A DNA stretch of 46,434 nt from Janthinobacterium sp. Its GTDB lineage: Bacteria; Pseudomonadota; Gammaproteobacteria; Burkholderiales; Burkholderiaceae_D. The stretch lies in the NCBI GenBank assembly GCA_003482555.1, contig DMYQ01000119.1, positions 32,589 to 79,022 on the forward strand, written 5' to 3'. Under the pieces are notes generated by a model that was given only the letters and a program-made list of their open reading frames with translations, was not told where the DNA came from and did no database searches. Position 1 is the stretch's first letter. Each line of letters begins with the position of its first letter. Below, in pieces: positions 29,548-39,221 of the stretch. The translations under genes were made by a program, and so were the position numbers.

Positions 29548-32500
29548 CTAGGCCGCCGCCGCCGCTTGCGGGGTGGCGTCGGGCGCCGCTTTCGGCGCCG
29601 GTTTCTTGACCCGGAACCAGGCCGCGTACAGGGCCGGCAAGAACAGCAGGGTGAGCGCCGTCGCCAGGATCAGGCCGCCCATGATGGCGACCGCCAGCGG
29701 CCCCCAGAACACTGAACGCGACAGCGGAATCATGGCCAGCGCGGCGGCAGCGGCCGTCAGCACGATGGGGCGGCAGCGGCGCACGGCCGATTCGACGATC
29801 GCATCCCACGGCTCGGCGCCGGCGGCGATGTCTTGCTCGATCTGGTCGACCAGGATCACCGAGTTGCGGATGATCATGCCGAACAGGGCGATCACGCCCA
29901 AGTTGGCAACAAAGCCCAGCGGCCGATGCAAGACCAGCAGGGCCGCCGCCGCCCCCGCCACACCCAGCGGGCCGGTCAGGAACACCAGCAGGGAGCGCGA
30001 GAAACTGTGCAATTGCAACATCAGCAAGGTAAAGATGATGAAGATGGCCAGCGGCAAATTGGCCGCGATCGACGCTTCGGCTGCGCCGCTGTCGGCCGCC
30101 GCGCCCTTGACGGTGATGCGGTAGCCGGCCGGCAAGGTGGCGCGCAATTCATCCATCTTCGGCGTCAGCTGGGTCGACACGGTCGGCCCCTGAATGTTGT
30201 CGGCGACGTCCGATTGCACCGTGATCGCCCATTCGCGCCCTTCGCGCCAGACCACGCCCGGTTCCCACACGAAATGGGCGCGCGCCACCTGGGAAATGGT
30301 GACCGACTTGCCGCCGGCGGCGGGAATGTTGGTATCGTTGAGCACGGAAATCGTGGAACGCTCTTCCAGCGGCTGGCGCAACTGGATATCGATCAGCCTG
30401 TTGCTCTCGCGGAACTGGCCGATGGCCGTGCCGGACAGGATGGTGTTGGCGGCCCGCATCACCGTCTGCGAGGTGATGCCGAGCGCGCGCATCTTGTCCT
30501 GGTCCAGATCCAGGCGCAAGACCTTGACCGATTCGTTCCAGTTATCGTTCACGCCCACCGTGTTCTTGTTGGCGCGCATGATGTCCTTGACCTCATCGGC
30601 GATCACGCGCACCTTGCCCACTTCCGTGCCGGTGACGCGAAATTGCACCGGATACGGCACCGGCGGCCCGTTCGGCAAGAGCTTGACGCGCCCCCGCACT
30701 TCCGGGAAATCGGTCTTGAAGACGGCCACGATCTTGTCGCGCAAGATGGCGCGCGCTTCCAGCGACTTGGGCAGCACGACAATTTGCGACACATTGGTCT
30801 GCGGGAAGATCTGATCGAGCGGCAGATAGAAGCGCGGGCTGCCCGTGCCGACGTAACTGGTGACGCTTTCCACGCCGTCGAGTTTACGCACGAAGGCTTC
30901 GAATTTCTTCACCTGGGCTTCGTTGGCGGCAAAGGCGGTGCCTTCCGGCGTCCACATTTCCACCATCAGTTCCGGCCGGCTCGAATCGGGAAAGAATTGC
31001 TTCTCGATAAAGTTGAAACCGTAGATGCCCAGCGCAAAGACGGCCAGGGTGGCGGCGATGGTCGTCTTGCGCCACTCCACGCACCAGTTGACGGTGGCGC
31101 GGAACCGCCGGAAGCCGGGCGTGTCGAACAGATCGTGATGACCGCCCGCGTGCGGCTTGACTTTGAGCAGCACATAACCGATGTAGGGCGTAAACACCAC
31201 CGCCACCACCCAGGAAATGACCAGGGCCAGCGCGTTCACGGAAAACAGGGAAAAGGTGTATTCGCCGGCCGCCGACTTGGCCAGGCCGATAGGCAAGAAG
31301 CCGGCCACCGTGATCAGGGTGCCGGTCAGCATGGGCATGGCCGTCGAACTGTAGGCGAAGGTGGCGGCGTCGAAGCGGGAAAAGCCCTCTTCCATCTTGC
31401 GCACCATCATTTCGACGGCGATGATGGCGTCATCGACCAGCAAGCCCAGGGCAATGATCAAGGCGCCCAGGGAAATCTTGTGTAAATCGATGTCGAGCAT
31501 GCGCATGAACAGGAAAGTCACGGCCAGCACCAGGGGAATGGTGAGCGCGACCACCAGGCCCGGCCGCACATCCAGGCGGAAAGGCTTGGTGTGTAAACCC
31601 AGGGCCAGGAAACTGACGGCCAGCACGATCAAGATCGCCTCGATCAGGGTGTGGACGAATTCGCCGACCGAGGCGGTGACGGCCTCCGGTTGGTTCGAGA
31701 CGCGCTCGAGCTCTATGCCAACCGGCAATTGCCCCTTCATGCGAGCTACCGTCGCTTGCATGTGCTTGCCCATCTCGATGATGTTGCCGCCCTTTTCCAT
31801 CGACACGCCCAAGCCGATCACTTCCTTGCCATTGAAGCGCATCTTGCTTTGCGGCGGGTCCACGTATTCGCGCTTGACGGCGGCGAAGTCGCCCAGGCGG
31901 AAGGTGGTGCCGTTGGCGCGCAGCTCCAGGTTTTCCAGGTCTTTCACGGTTTTCAGGGCGCCCGTCACGCGCACCTGCAAATTATCGGTCGCCGTCACCA
32001 GCACCCCGGTCGACTCGACCGAGTTCTGCGTGCTGAGCTGGTTGACGATGGCCTCGATGGGAATGCCCAGTTGCGCGAATTTCTTGTGCGAAAACTCGAT
32101 ATTGATCTTTTCTTCCTGCACGCCGAACAGTTCGACCTTGGCCACCATCGGCACGTTGAGCAATTGCTGGCGCACGAAGTCGGCGTAATCCTTCATCTCG
32201 GCATAGGTGAAGCCGTCGCCGGAGAGGGCGAAGATGGAACCGAAAGTGTCGCCGAACTCGTCGTTGAAAAAGGGGCCGGAAACGCCAGGCGGCAAGCTGC
32301 CGCGGATGTCGCCGATTTTCTTGCGCACCTGATACCAGGCGGCCGCCGTCTCCTTGGGCGGCGCCGATTCGCGCAGCTTGAGGATGATCAGGGTTTCGCC
32401 CGGCTTGGAATAACTGCTGATCTCATCGACATAGGGGGTTTCCTGCAACTTCTTTTCCAGCTTGTCGGTCACCTGGTCGGCCATCTGCAAAGCCGTCGCG

Positions 32501-32670
32501 CCCGGCCATTTGGCACTGATCACCATCGCGCGGAAGGTGAACGGCGGATCTTCATCCTGGCCCAGCCGGGCATAACTGAGCATGCCGCCTATCAGCAGCA
32601 CGGCCATCAGATAACGGGTCAGCGGAATATGCTCCAGGGCCCAGCGCGACAGATTGAAGCCGCCCTTCAT
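29548..32670 (-). CDS. RND efflux permease (AcrB superfamily, MexK/TriC-like)
   Basis: FNLSRWAL, EDPPFTFR, GPFFNDEFGD, LGLLVDDAII, GMIIRNSVIL, RPIVLT; ATG 32670 overlaps the MFP stop. Confidence 0.95.
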   Translation of the reverse strand: MKGGFNLSRWALEHIPLTRYLMAVLLIGGMLSYARLGQDEDPPFTFRAMVISAKWPGATALQMADQVTDKLEKKLQETPYVDEISSYSKPGETLIILKLRESAPPKETAAAWYQVRKKIGDIRGSLPPGVSGPFFNDEFGDTFGSIFALSGDGFTYAEMKDYADFVRQQLLNVPMVAKVELFGVQEEKINIEFSHKKFAQLGIPIEAIVNQLSTQNSVESTGVLVTATDNLQVRVTGALKTVKDLENLELRANGTTFRLGDFAAVKREYVDPPQSKMRFNGKEVIGLGVSMEKGGNIIEMGKHMQATVARMKGQLPVGIELERVSNQPEAVTASVGEFVHTLIEAILIVLAVSFLALGLHTKPFRLDVRPGLVVALTIPLVLAVTFLFMRMLDIDLHKISLGALIIALGLLVDDAIIAVEMMVRKMEEGFSRFDAATFAYSSTAMPMLTGTLITVAGFLPIGLAKSAAGEYTFSLFSVNALALVISWVVAVVFTPYIGYVLLKVKPHAGGHHDLFDTPGFRRFRATVNWCVEWRKTTIAATLAVFALGIYGFNFIEKQFFPDSSRPELMVEMWTPEGTAFAANEAQVKKFEAFVRKLDGVESVTSYVGTGSPRFYLPLDQIFPQTNVSQIVVLPKSLEARAILRDKIVAVFKTDFPEVRGRVKLLPNGPPVPYPVQFRVTGTEVGKVRVIADEVKDIMRANKNTVGVNDNWNESVKVLRLDLDQDKMRALGITSQTVMRAANTILSGTAIGQFRESNRLIDIQLRQPLEERSTISVLNDTNIPAAGGKSVTISQVARAHFVWEPGVVWREGREWAITVQSDVADNIQGPTVSTQLTPKMDELRATLPAGYRITVKGAAADSGAAEASIAANLPLAIFIIFTLLMLQLHSFSRSLLVFLTGPLGVAGAAAALLVLHRPLGFVANLGVIALFGMIIRNSVILVDQIEQDIAAGAEPWDAIVESAVRRCRPIVLTAAAAALAMIPLSRSVFWGPLAVAIMGGLILATALTLLFLPALYAAWFRVKKPAPKAAPDATPQAAAAA

Positions 32671-33827
32671 TTCAGCGCTCCGGCCGGCGCGGCCAAGGCT
32701 TGCGCCCCCTTGAGCGGCAAGTCGGCGCCCAGGATGGTGACTTTCTGGCCCGGCTTGAGCAAGTTCACGCCGGCCGTGACCACGCTCTGGCCAGCCTTGA
32801 TTGCTCCGCCCAGCAGCACGTCGTTGCCGGCCGTGCCGACCACGCTGACGGGCTGCAAGCGCACCACGCCATTTTCCACGATCCACACGGAAGTTGCCGC
32901 CTTCTCATAGAACAGGGCCGTCAGCGGCACCCTGATTTGCGGCGTCGCCGTCTGCGAAGCGAATTGCACCACCGCCGTCATGCCCAGGCGCGCCTCGGTC
33001 AAGCTGTCCGGTATCGTCACCTTCACGGTATAGGTGCGGGTGGACGGGTCGGCCACCGGTGAAATCTCGCGGATCTTGCCGGCCACGGCTTGCCGCGGGT
33101 CGGCCCACAGGCGCACGCGCACGTCGGACACGCGGCGCAGGGTTTCCACCTTGTCTTCGGGAATGCCGATGACCACTTCCTTTTGTCCCGACTTGGCCAC
33201 CCGCACCACCGGCGTGCCGGGCGCCACCACCTGCCCCACTTCGGCGTCGACCGAGGTCACCACGCCGTCGGTGTCGGACAGCAGGCGGGCGTAGGCGGCT
33301 TGATTGGACTGGCCCCGATAGCCGGCCCGGGCCGAATCGACGGTCGACTGGGCCGCCTTGAAGCCGGACACCTTGCCGTCGAGTACGGCCTGGCTGACGA
33401 AATTTTTATCGCGCAATTCCTGATAGCGCCGCATGTCGGAGCGGGCCAGGTCGCGGTTCGTTTCCGCGCCGCGCAAAACGGCCAGGGCCTGAGCTTGCGA
33501 CAATTGCAAATCCTGGGGGTCGAGTTGCATCAGCACTTGCCCCTGCTTGACGACCGTGCCCACGTCCACCTGGCGCTTGACGATCTTGCCGCCGACCCGG
33601 AAACCCAGCCGGGATTCGACCCTGGCCCGCACTTCGCCGGAAAATTCGGCATTGATGTCGGCGTTGTTGCTCTCCAGCAGCAAGACGCGCACCGGGCGGA
33701 TATCCTCGCTTTTTTCGGGCGCCTTGGAACAGGCGGCCAGTAAAATGGCAGCGGCGGCCGCAGCCAGCGCCGTCAGCGGGGAAAGGCGAAGGGGGAGGAT
33801 GTGAGGCAGGGATTTCAGGGCGGACAC
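32667..33827 (-). CDS. RND membrane fusion protein (lipoprotein)
   Basis: Lipobox LLAAC, LGFRVGGKI, GQVV, ADPSTRTY; GTG start after AAGGA. Confidence 0.93.
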   Translation of the reverse strand: MSALKSLPHILPLRLSPLTALAAAAAAILLAACSKAPEKSEDIRPVRVLLLESNNADINAEFSGEVRARVESRLGFRVGGKIVKRQVDVGTVVKQGQVLMQLDPQDLQLSQAQALAVLRGAETNRDLARSDMRRYQELRDKNFVSQAVLDGKVSGFKAAQSTVDSARAGYRGQSNQAAYARLLSDTDGVVTSVDAEVGQVVAPGTPVVRVAKSGQKEVVIGIPEDKVETLRRVSDVRVRLWADPRQAVAGKIREISPVADPSTRTYTVKVTIPDSLTEARLGMTAVVQFASQTATPQIRVPLTALFYEKAATSVWIVENGVVRLQPVSVVGTAGNDVLLGGAIKAGQSVVTAGVNLLKPGQKVTILGADLPLKGAQALAAPAGALK

Positions 33828-33947
33828 GGTATTTTCCTTTACTATGCGGGCTGATCGGTTTCATGCGGGAGGGCAACACACCACGGACATGCATCCGAAC
33901 AACTTGTAGAGATATCAAGATGTTACTATTATTCCGGACGGAAAAGT

Positions 33948-34012
33948 AAATGACTTTCCGTTAAGTAATTATAAGCGCGTCAAAATTGTTTGCAAATGAC
34001 TTTAGCGTCATT
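33948..34012. promoter_or_regulatory. Candidate repressor operator(s) in the divergent RND/hpnC promoter
   Basis: AATGAC-N6-GTCATT palindrome 33995-34012; AAATGACTTT repeated at 33948 and 33994. Confidence 0.55.
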
Positions 34013-34032
34013 AATTTAAATAAGTGCTCTTC

Positions 34033-34848
34033 ATGCCAGTCAACCACTACGAAAATTTTCCGGTAGCATCTTTTTTGTTGCCAAAACGCCTAATTCCCGC
34101 CGTCGAAGCCATCTATGCCTTCGCCCGCGGCGCCGACGACCTGGCCGATGAAGGCGATGCCCTGCCCGCCGAGCGGCTTGCCGCACTGCAAGCTTACGAG
34201 GCGGCGCTGGGCCGCATCGAGCGCAAGGAAACGGACGCCGACCCGCTATTCGCCCGCCTGGCCCTGGTCGTCGCGCAATACGAATTGCCCCTGCGCCCGT
34301 TTTACGACTTGCTGTCCGCCTTCAAACAGGATGTGCTCGTGACGCGCTACGCCGACTTCGCCACCCTGCTCGACTATTGCCGGCGCTCCGCCAACCCGGT
34401 CGGCTTGCTGATGCTGACCCTGTACGGCGCCGTCGACGACGACAATGTGCGCGACTCGGACGCGATCTGCACGGCCCTGCAACTCATCAATTTCCTGCAG
34501 GACGTGGCGATCGACCAGCACAAGGAGCGCATCTATCTGCCGTTGGAAGACTTGAGCCGCTTCGCCGTGTCGCCGGCCGGTTTCGAACGGGGCGAGGCGC
34601 GCGGCAAGTGGATCGCGCTGATGCGCTTCGAAGTGGCGCGCGCGCGCGCCCTGCTGCACAGCGGCGCGCCGCTGGCGCTGCGCCTGCCCGGCCGCATCGG
34701 CTGGGAATTGCGCCTGGTGGTGCAAGGCGGCTTGCGCATCCTGGAAGCCATCGAAGCGGTCAATTACGACGTCTTCTTGCACCGGCCGCAACTGCAAAAA
34801 CGCGACTGGATCGCCATTTGCTGGCGCGCCCTGCGCATGCGCGCATGA
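34033..34848 (+). CDS. hpnC: Squalene synthase HpnC (hydroxysqualene synthase)
   Basis: HYENFPVAS, YAFAR.ADDLADEG, YCRRSANPVG, CTALQLINFLQD. Confidence 0.95.
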   Translation: MPVNHYENFPVASFLLPKRLIPAVEAIYAFARGADDLADEGDALPAERLAALQAYEAALGRIERKETDADPLFARLALVVAQYELPLRPFYDLLSAFKQDVLVTRYADFATLLDYCRRSANPVGLLMLTLYGAVDDDNVRDSDAICTALQLINFLQDVAIDQHKERIYLPLEDLSRFAVSPAGFERGEARGKWIALMRFEVARARALLHSGAPLALRLPGRIGWELRLVVQGGLRILEAIEAVNYDVFLHRPQLQKRDWIAICWRALRMRA

Positions 34849-35003
34849 AGTCGGCGTCCAAGCAACGGCCACTATGCATGGACCGCGCGGTACAGGCGCT
34901 TGAAAACAGGCTTTTTGCCATGCTTCAGTGCGCTTTCTGCCGTGGCGCGCCGCGCTTCGGCTTAGAATAGCGTCTTCGATCTGTAACCCTTGCACTTTTG
35001 ACT

Positions 35004-35837
35004 ATGTCTCCCGACGAATACTGCCAACAAAAAGCCGCCCAGAGCGGTTCCAGCTTTTATTACAGTTTCCTGTTCCTGCCGCCGGAACGGCGCCGCGCGA
35101 TCACGGCCCTGTACGCCTTTTGCCGGGAAGTCGACGACACCGTCGACGAGTGCACGGACGAATCCATCGCGCGCAGCAAGCTGAGCTGGTGGCGCCGGGA
35201 AGTGCGCGCCATGTACGAGGGCAATCCGACCCATCCCGTGATGCGCGCCTTGCAACCGCACCTGGACACCTACAAGCTGGAAGAAAAATACCTGCAAGCC
35301 ATCATCGACGGTATGGAAATGGATCTGGACCAGACCCGCTACCTCGACTACCAGGCCATGACGCGCTATTGCTGGCACGTGGCCAGCGTGGTCGGCATAT
35401 TGTCGGCCAGCATCTTTGGCGCGACCAAGCCGGAAACCTTGCTGTACGCGGAAAAGCTCGGGCATGCCTTCCAGCTCACCAACATCATCCGCGACGTCGG
35501 CGAAGATGCGCGCAAGGGCCGCATCTACCTGCCGATCAACGAGTTGCAGCAATTTAATGTGACGGCGGCCGACCTGTTGAACGCCCGCCACAGCGAAAAC
35601 TTTGAAAACCTGATGCGTTTCCAGGTCGCGCGGGCGCAAAAAGCCTACGACGAAGCCTTCGCCCTGCTGCCGGCGGAAGACCGGCGCGCCCAGCGTCCCG
35701 GTTTGATCATGGCGGCCATTTACCGCACCCTGCTGACCGAAGTCGAGCGCGACGGTTACCACGTCTTGAAACAGCGTATTTCGCTGACGCCGATCCGCAA
35801 GCTGTGGCTGGCATGGAAGACTTACGTCCGTGGCTAA
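35004..35837 (+). CDS. hpnD: Presqualene diphosphate synthase HpnD
   Basis: SGSSFY, LYAFCREVDD, GMEMDL, FQLTNIIRDVGEDA, GRIYLP. Confidence 0.95.
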   Translation: MSPDEYCQQKAAQSGSSFYYSFLFLPPERRRAITALYAFCREVDDTVDECTDESIARSKLSWWRREVRAMYEGNPTHPVMRALQPHLDTYKLEEKYLQAIIDGMEMDLDQTRYLDYQAMTRYCWHVASVVGILSASIFGATKPETLLYAEKLGHAFQLTNIIRDVGEDARKGRIYLPINELQQFNVTAADLLNARHSENFENLMRFQVARAQKAYDEAFALLPAEDRRAQRPGLIMAAIYRTLLTEVERDGYHVLKQRISLTPIRKLWLAWKTYVRG

Positions 35838-37242
35838 AGCGACGGGGCGCTCGCTGGCGGTGGTGGGCGGCGGCTGGGCCGGTTGCGCCGCCGCCGTCGA
35901 ACTGAGCCGCACCGGCCACAAGGTCACCCTGTTCGAAGCCGCCCGCACCCTGGGTGGACGGGCGCGCCGGGTGGCGCTCGAGGGCGGCGTGCTCGACAAC
36001 GGCCAGCACATCTTGCTGGGCGCCTACGACAGCACCTTGCGCATGCTGAAACTGGTCGGCGTCGACCCGCGCCGCGCCTTGCTGAACCTGCCGCTGCAAA
36101 TGCGCTACCCGCCCGGCAGCGGCGGCATGGACTTCGTCGCGCCGCGCTGGCCGGCGCCGCTGCACCTGGCCCTGGCCCTGCTGCGCGCCAAGGGCTTGGC
36201 GCGGGCGGACAAGCTGTCGCTGGCGCGCTTTTCCAGCACCGCGCGCTGGATGGGCTGGCAGTTGCACGACGATTGCAGCGTCAGCGAATTGCTGGAACGC
36301 TACGACCAGACCCCGCGCCTGATCCAGCTGATGTGGCGCCCGCTATGCCTGGCGGCCCTGAACACGCCACCCGAGCGGGCTTCCGCGCAAGTGTTCTTGA
36401 ATGTCTTGCGCGACAGCCTGGGCGCGCGCCGCAGCGCTTCCGACATGCTCTTGCCGAGGCGCGATTTGAGCGCCCTGTTCCCGGACGCGGCAGCAAGCTT
36501 TGTCGCGCGCCACGGCGGCGCCGTCCGCCCGGGCGCCGCCGTCTCGGCATTGCGGCAACTGGACGCCGGGCGCTGGCAACTGGAAACGCGCGCCGAGGCC
36601 GGCATGCAAGGCAATCCTCCCATGGAATTCGACGGCCTCGTGCTGGCCACCCCGGCGGCGCAGGCGGCCGCCCTGCTGGCACCGCTGGGCATCGCGGCGC
36701 TGGACCAGAGCGTGGCCCAGTTGACAGCGTTTGAGCCGGAAGCGATCGCCACCTGTTATCTGCAATATGGGACCGGCGTGCGCCTCGATCTGGCGTTTTT
36801 CGCGCTGCTCGACGACCCTGCCAGCGGCCAGTGGGGCCAGTTCGTCTTCGATCGCGGGCAACTGGACGCGGCGCAAGCGGGCTTGCTGGCCGTGGTCGTC
36901 AGCGCGGCGGACGCGGCGGCGGCCCTGGGCCAGGCGGCGCTGGTCGAGTCGATCGCGCGGCAACTGGCGAGCGTCTTCCGACGGCCGGAACTGGGCGCGC
37001 CCCTGTGGACCCGGCTGATCACCGAAAAGCGCGCCACCTTCGCCTGCGCGCCGGGATTGCGGCGCCCGCCCAACGATATCGGCTTGCCCGGGCTGGCCCT
37101 GGCCGGCGATTACACGGCCGGCGACTATCCGGCCACGATCGAGTCGGCGGTGCGCAGCGGCGCCCTGGCCGCCGGCGTCGTCTTGCGCACGGGCGCCGCG
37201 CGCGGCACCGTCCAGCACGACGTCACGAACGCGGCCTCATGA
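35830..37242 (+). CDS. hpnE: Hydroxysqualene dehydroxylase HpnE (FAD-dependent)
   Basis: GGGWAG, LGGRAR, DNGQHILLGAY, LAALNT, EKRATF, AGDY...PATIESAVRSG; overlaps hpnD. Confidence 0.93.
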   Translation: MAKATGRSLAVVGGGWAGCAAAVELSRTGHKVTLFEAARTLGGRARRVALEGGVLDNGQHILLGAYDSTLRMLKLVGVDPRRALLNLPLQMRYPPGSGGMDFVAPRWPAPLHLALALLRAKGLARADKLSLARFSSTARWMGWQLHDDCSVSELLERYDQTPRLIQLMWRPLCLAALNTPPERASAQVFLNVLRDSLGARRSASDMLLPRRDLSALFPDAAASFVARHGGAVRPGAAVSALRQLDAGRWQLETRAEAGMQGNPPMEFDGLVLATPAAQAAALLAPLGIAALDQSVAQLTAFEPEAIATCYLQYGTGVRLDLAFFALLDDPASGQWGQFVFDRGQLDAAQAGLLAVVVSAADAAAALGQAALVESIARQLASVFRRPELGAPLWTRLITEKRATFACAPGLRRPPNDIGLPGLALAGDYTAGDYPATIESAVRSGALAAGVVLRTGAARGTVQHDVTNAAS

Positions 37243-37324
37243 AAGCGGCCGAATGAAAGCGGCCGCGCCAACGAAGCTTCCAAGCGCCGCGGCAGAACGC
37301 GGCTTTTGAACGCGGCTTCCAAGC
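37227..37324 (+). repeat. Cluster of short direct repeats after hpnE
   Basis: GAA(A/C)GCGGC at 37227, 37241, 37255, 37295 and 37308; GCTTCCAAGC at 37276 and 37315. Confidence 0.6.
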
Positions 37325-37527
37325 TCGGCGCCATCATGCGGCGTCATCAGCGCCGCTTCACGGGCACATCGCATATCGCCCCGGCGCGGCGCCTGCGCCG
37401 CGAATAGCGCAGCCTGTCGCACAGCGCTGGCCGCCGGGACGGCGTTTTTATACAGTATCAGTATCGGCAAGGCGGCGCCCGAACCCGGTGCCGGCAACAA
37501 TTTGCTTAATGGTTTTGTGGGTTCGAC

Positions 37528-38352
37528 ATGAATAAACAGGAATATCTCGACGCGCTACGGCGCGCGCTGACGGGACTGGCGCCGGACACGGTGGCCAAGA
37601 CGCTGGCTTACTATGAACAGCGCTATATCGACGCGCTCGCGGGCGGCCGCGCCGAAGCCGAAATCGCCAGGGATATCGGCGATCCCAAGAAAATCGCCGC
37701 CACCCTGCGCGCCAACACCCATCTGCGCGCATTCGAACAACAGAGGAGCCCCGTCAATCTGCTGCGCATGCTGGTGTCGGCCATCGGCCTGGGCATCTTC
37801 AATCTCTTCATGGTGGTGCCGGCGCTGGTGTATGCGGCGCTGCTGGCGGCCTTGTACGCGACCGCTTTGACGGTGTATGTGGGCGGCATCGCCATCACGG
37901 CCAGCGGCCTGTCGGGCGCCAACGAGCTGCTACTGGACGGTCCCCTGCTCCATTTCATTCTCGACGACGATGGCGACGGGCGCAAGGCGCCGACGCGGAC
38001 CCGGGTCTCGATCGGCGAATCGGCCATCCACATATCGCAGGAGCCGGCCCCAATTAGGCCCCGCGCCGGCGACGAGGACAGGGACGACGGCAACGACGAC
38101 ACGCCCGTGCCGGCGCAAGCCGCGTCGGCAAAGCTGATGCGCCGGGCGGTGGCCCTGGCCGGCAGCGGGGTGCATATCGACACCGATGCGGCGCACGGCT
38201 CGCGCGGCACGCAATGCGTCCTCGGACTCGGACTGGTGCTATTTGGCATCGTCCTGTTCTTGCTTTCCCTGGTGGTGACGAAATTCACGCTGATCGGCAT
38301 CAAGCGCTACATCGAGATGAATTTCTCCCTGCTCAGGGGACACCAGGCATGA
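37528..38352 (+). CDS. DUF1700 (HAAS-domain) membrane protein
   Basis: MNKQEYL..L...L..L.....YYE..Y.D....G..E.EI...IGDPKKIA followed by TM helices. Confidence 0.8.
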   Translation: MNKQEYLDALRRALTGLAPDTVAKTLAYYEQRYIDALAGGRAEAEIARDIGDPKKIAATLRANTHLRAFEQQRSPVNLLRMLVSAIGLGIFNLFMVVPALVYAALLAALYATALTVYVGGIAITASGLSGANELLLDGPLLHFILDDDGDGRKAPTRTRVSIGESAIHISQEPAPIRPRAGDEDRDDGNDDTPVPAQAASAKLMRRAVALAGSGVHIDTDAAHGSRGTQCVLGLGLVLFGIVLFLLSLVVTKFTLIGIKRYIEMNFSLLRGHQA

Positions 38353-38398
38353 AACCACACTTGAACCAGCCGGCCAGGAACGTCATCGGGGGGATCGC

Positions 38399-39199
38399 AT
38401 GCGCACACTCATCAAGGTAGGCCTGAGCCTGTTGTTACTGGCCTTCGTGTTGATCGGCGCGTCCTACAGCATGTTGCGCTCCCAGGGCGTCAGCGGCGCT
38501 GGCGCCGGGCGCGACGTGCGCAGCGAGACGCGCCCGCTCGGCAAGAACATCGTCAATCTGGAATTGAACGGCCCCATCGACGTGACTGTGCGCCAGGGCA
38601 TGACGCCATTGCTGACGGTGCGCGGCGAGCAGCGCCTGCTGCCCAATATCGACACCAACCAGGATGGCGCCACCCTGCGCATCGGGCCCAGGGGCATGCT
38701 CTTGCATCACCGTCATCCCTTGCAGGTGGAAGTGGTGCTGCCAAACTTGGAGCAACTGGAAGTGCACGGCAGCGGCGACAGCACGGTGAATGGCTTCAGC
38801 GGCGAGCGCTTCACCCTGCGCCTGCGCGGCACCGGCAACGTCAGCTTTAACGGTCGCTACCGGCAGTTGCGGGCCGGCGTGTATGGCGGCGGCGACTTGA
38901 ACCTGAACGGCGGCAATAGCGATCTGGTGGAGCTGGAAATGTTCGGTTCCGGGCGCATCACGGCCAGCGGCAGCGTCAAGACCCTGCACGCCGAACTCAG
39001 TGGAACCGGCGATATGGACGCCGAACACCTGGCCGCCGACAAGGCCAGCGTCGCGCTGGAAGGGGCGGGCACGGCCAGCGTGTTCGCCAGGCGCGCCGTC
39101 GCCGTGAGCTTGCGCGGCAGCGGCGACGTCGAGGTGCACGGCAATCCCATGCAGCGCAAGCTCAGCCATACCGGCTCGGGCCAGATCAATTGGCGCTGA
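38399..39199 (+). CDS. DUF2807/GIN-domain (adhesin-head-like beta-solenoid) membrane-anchored protein
   Basis: N-terminal TM; repeated GSGD/GTGN/GSGR/GTGD units; VHGNP near the C-terminus. Confidence 0.78.
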   Translation: MRTLIKVGLSLLLLAFVLIGASYSMLRSQGVSGAGAGRDVRSETRPLGKNIVNLELNGPIDVTVRQGMTPLLTVRGEQRLLPNIDTNQDGATLRIGPRGMLLHHRHPLQVEVVLPNLEQLEVHGSGDSTVNGFSGERFTLRLRGTGNVSFNGRYRQLRAGVYGGGDLNLNGGNSDLVELEMFGSGRITASGSVKTLHAELSGTGDMDAEHLAADKASVALEGAGTASVFARRAVAVSLRGSGDVEVHGNPMQRKLSHTGSGQINWR

Positions 39200-39221
39200 A
39201 GCGGCGCCGGGCTCAAAAGCC

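Noticed and set aside
37227-37324. Possible mini-CRISPR array
   Set aside because: Repeats are only 9-10 bp with 4-5 bp or irregular spacers, and there are no cas genes in the window
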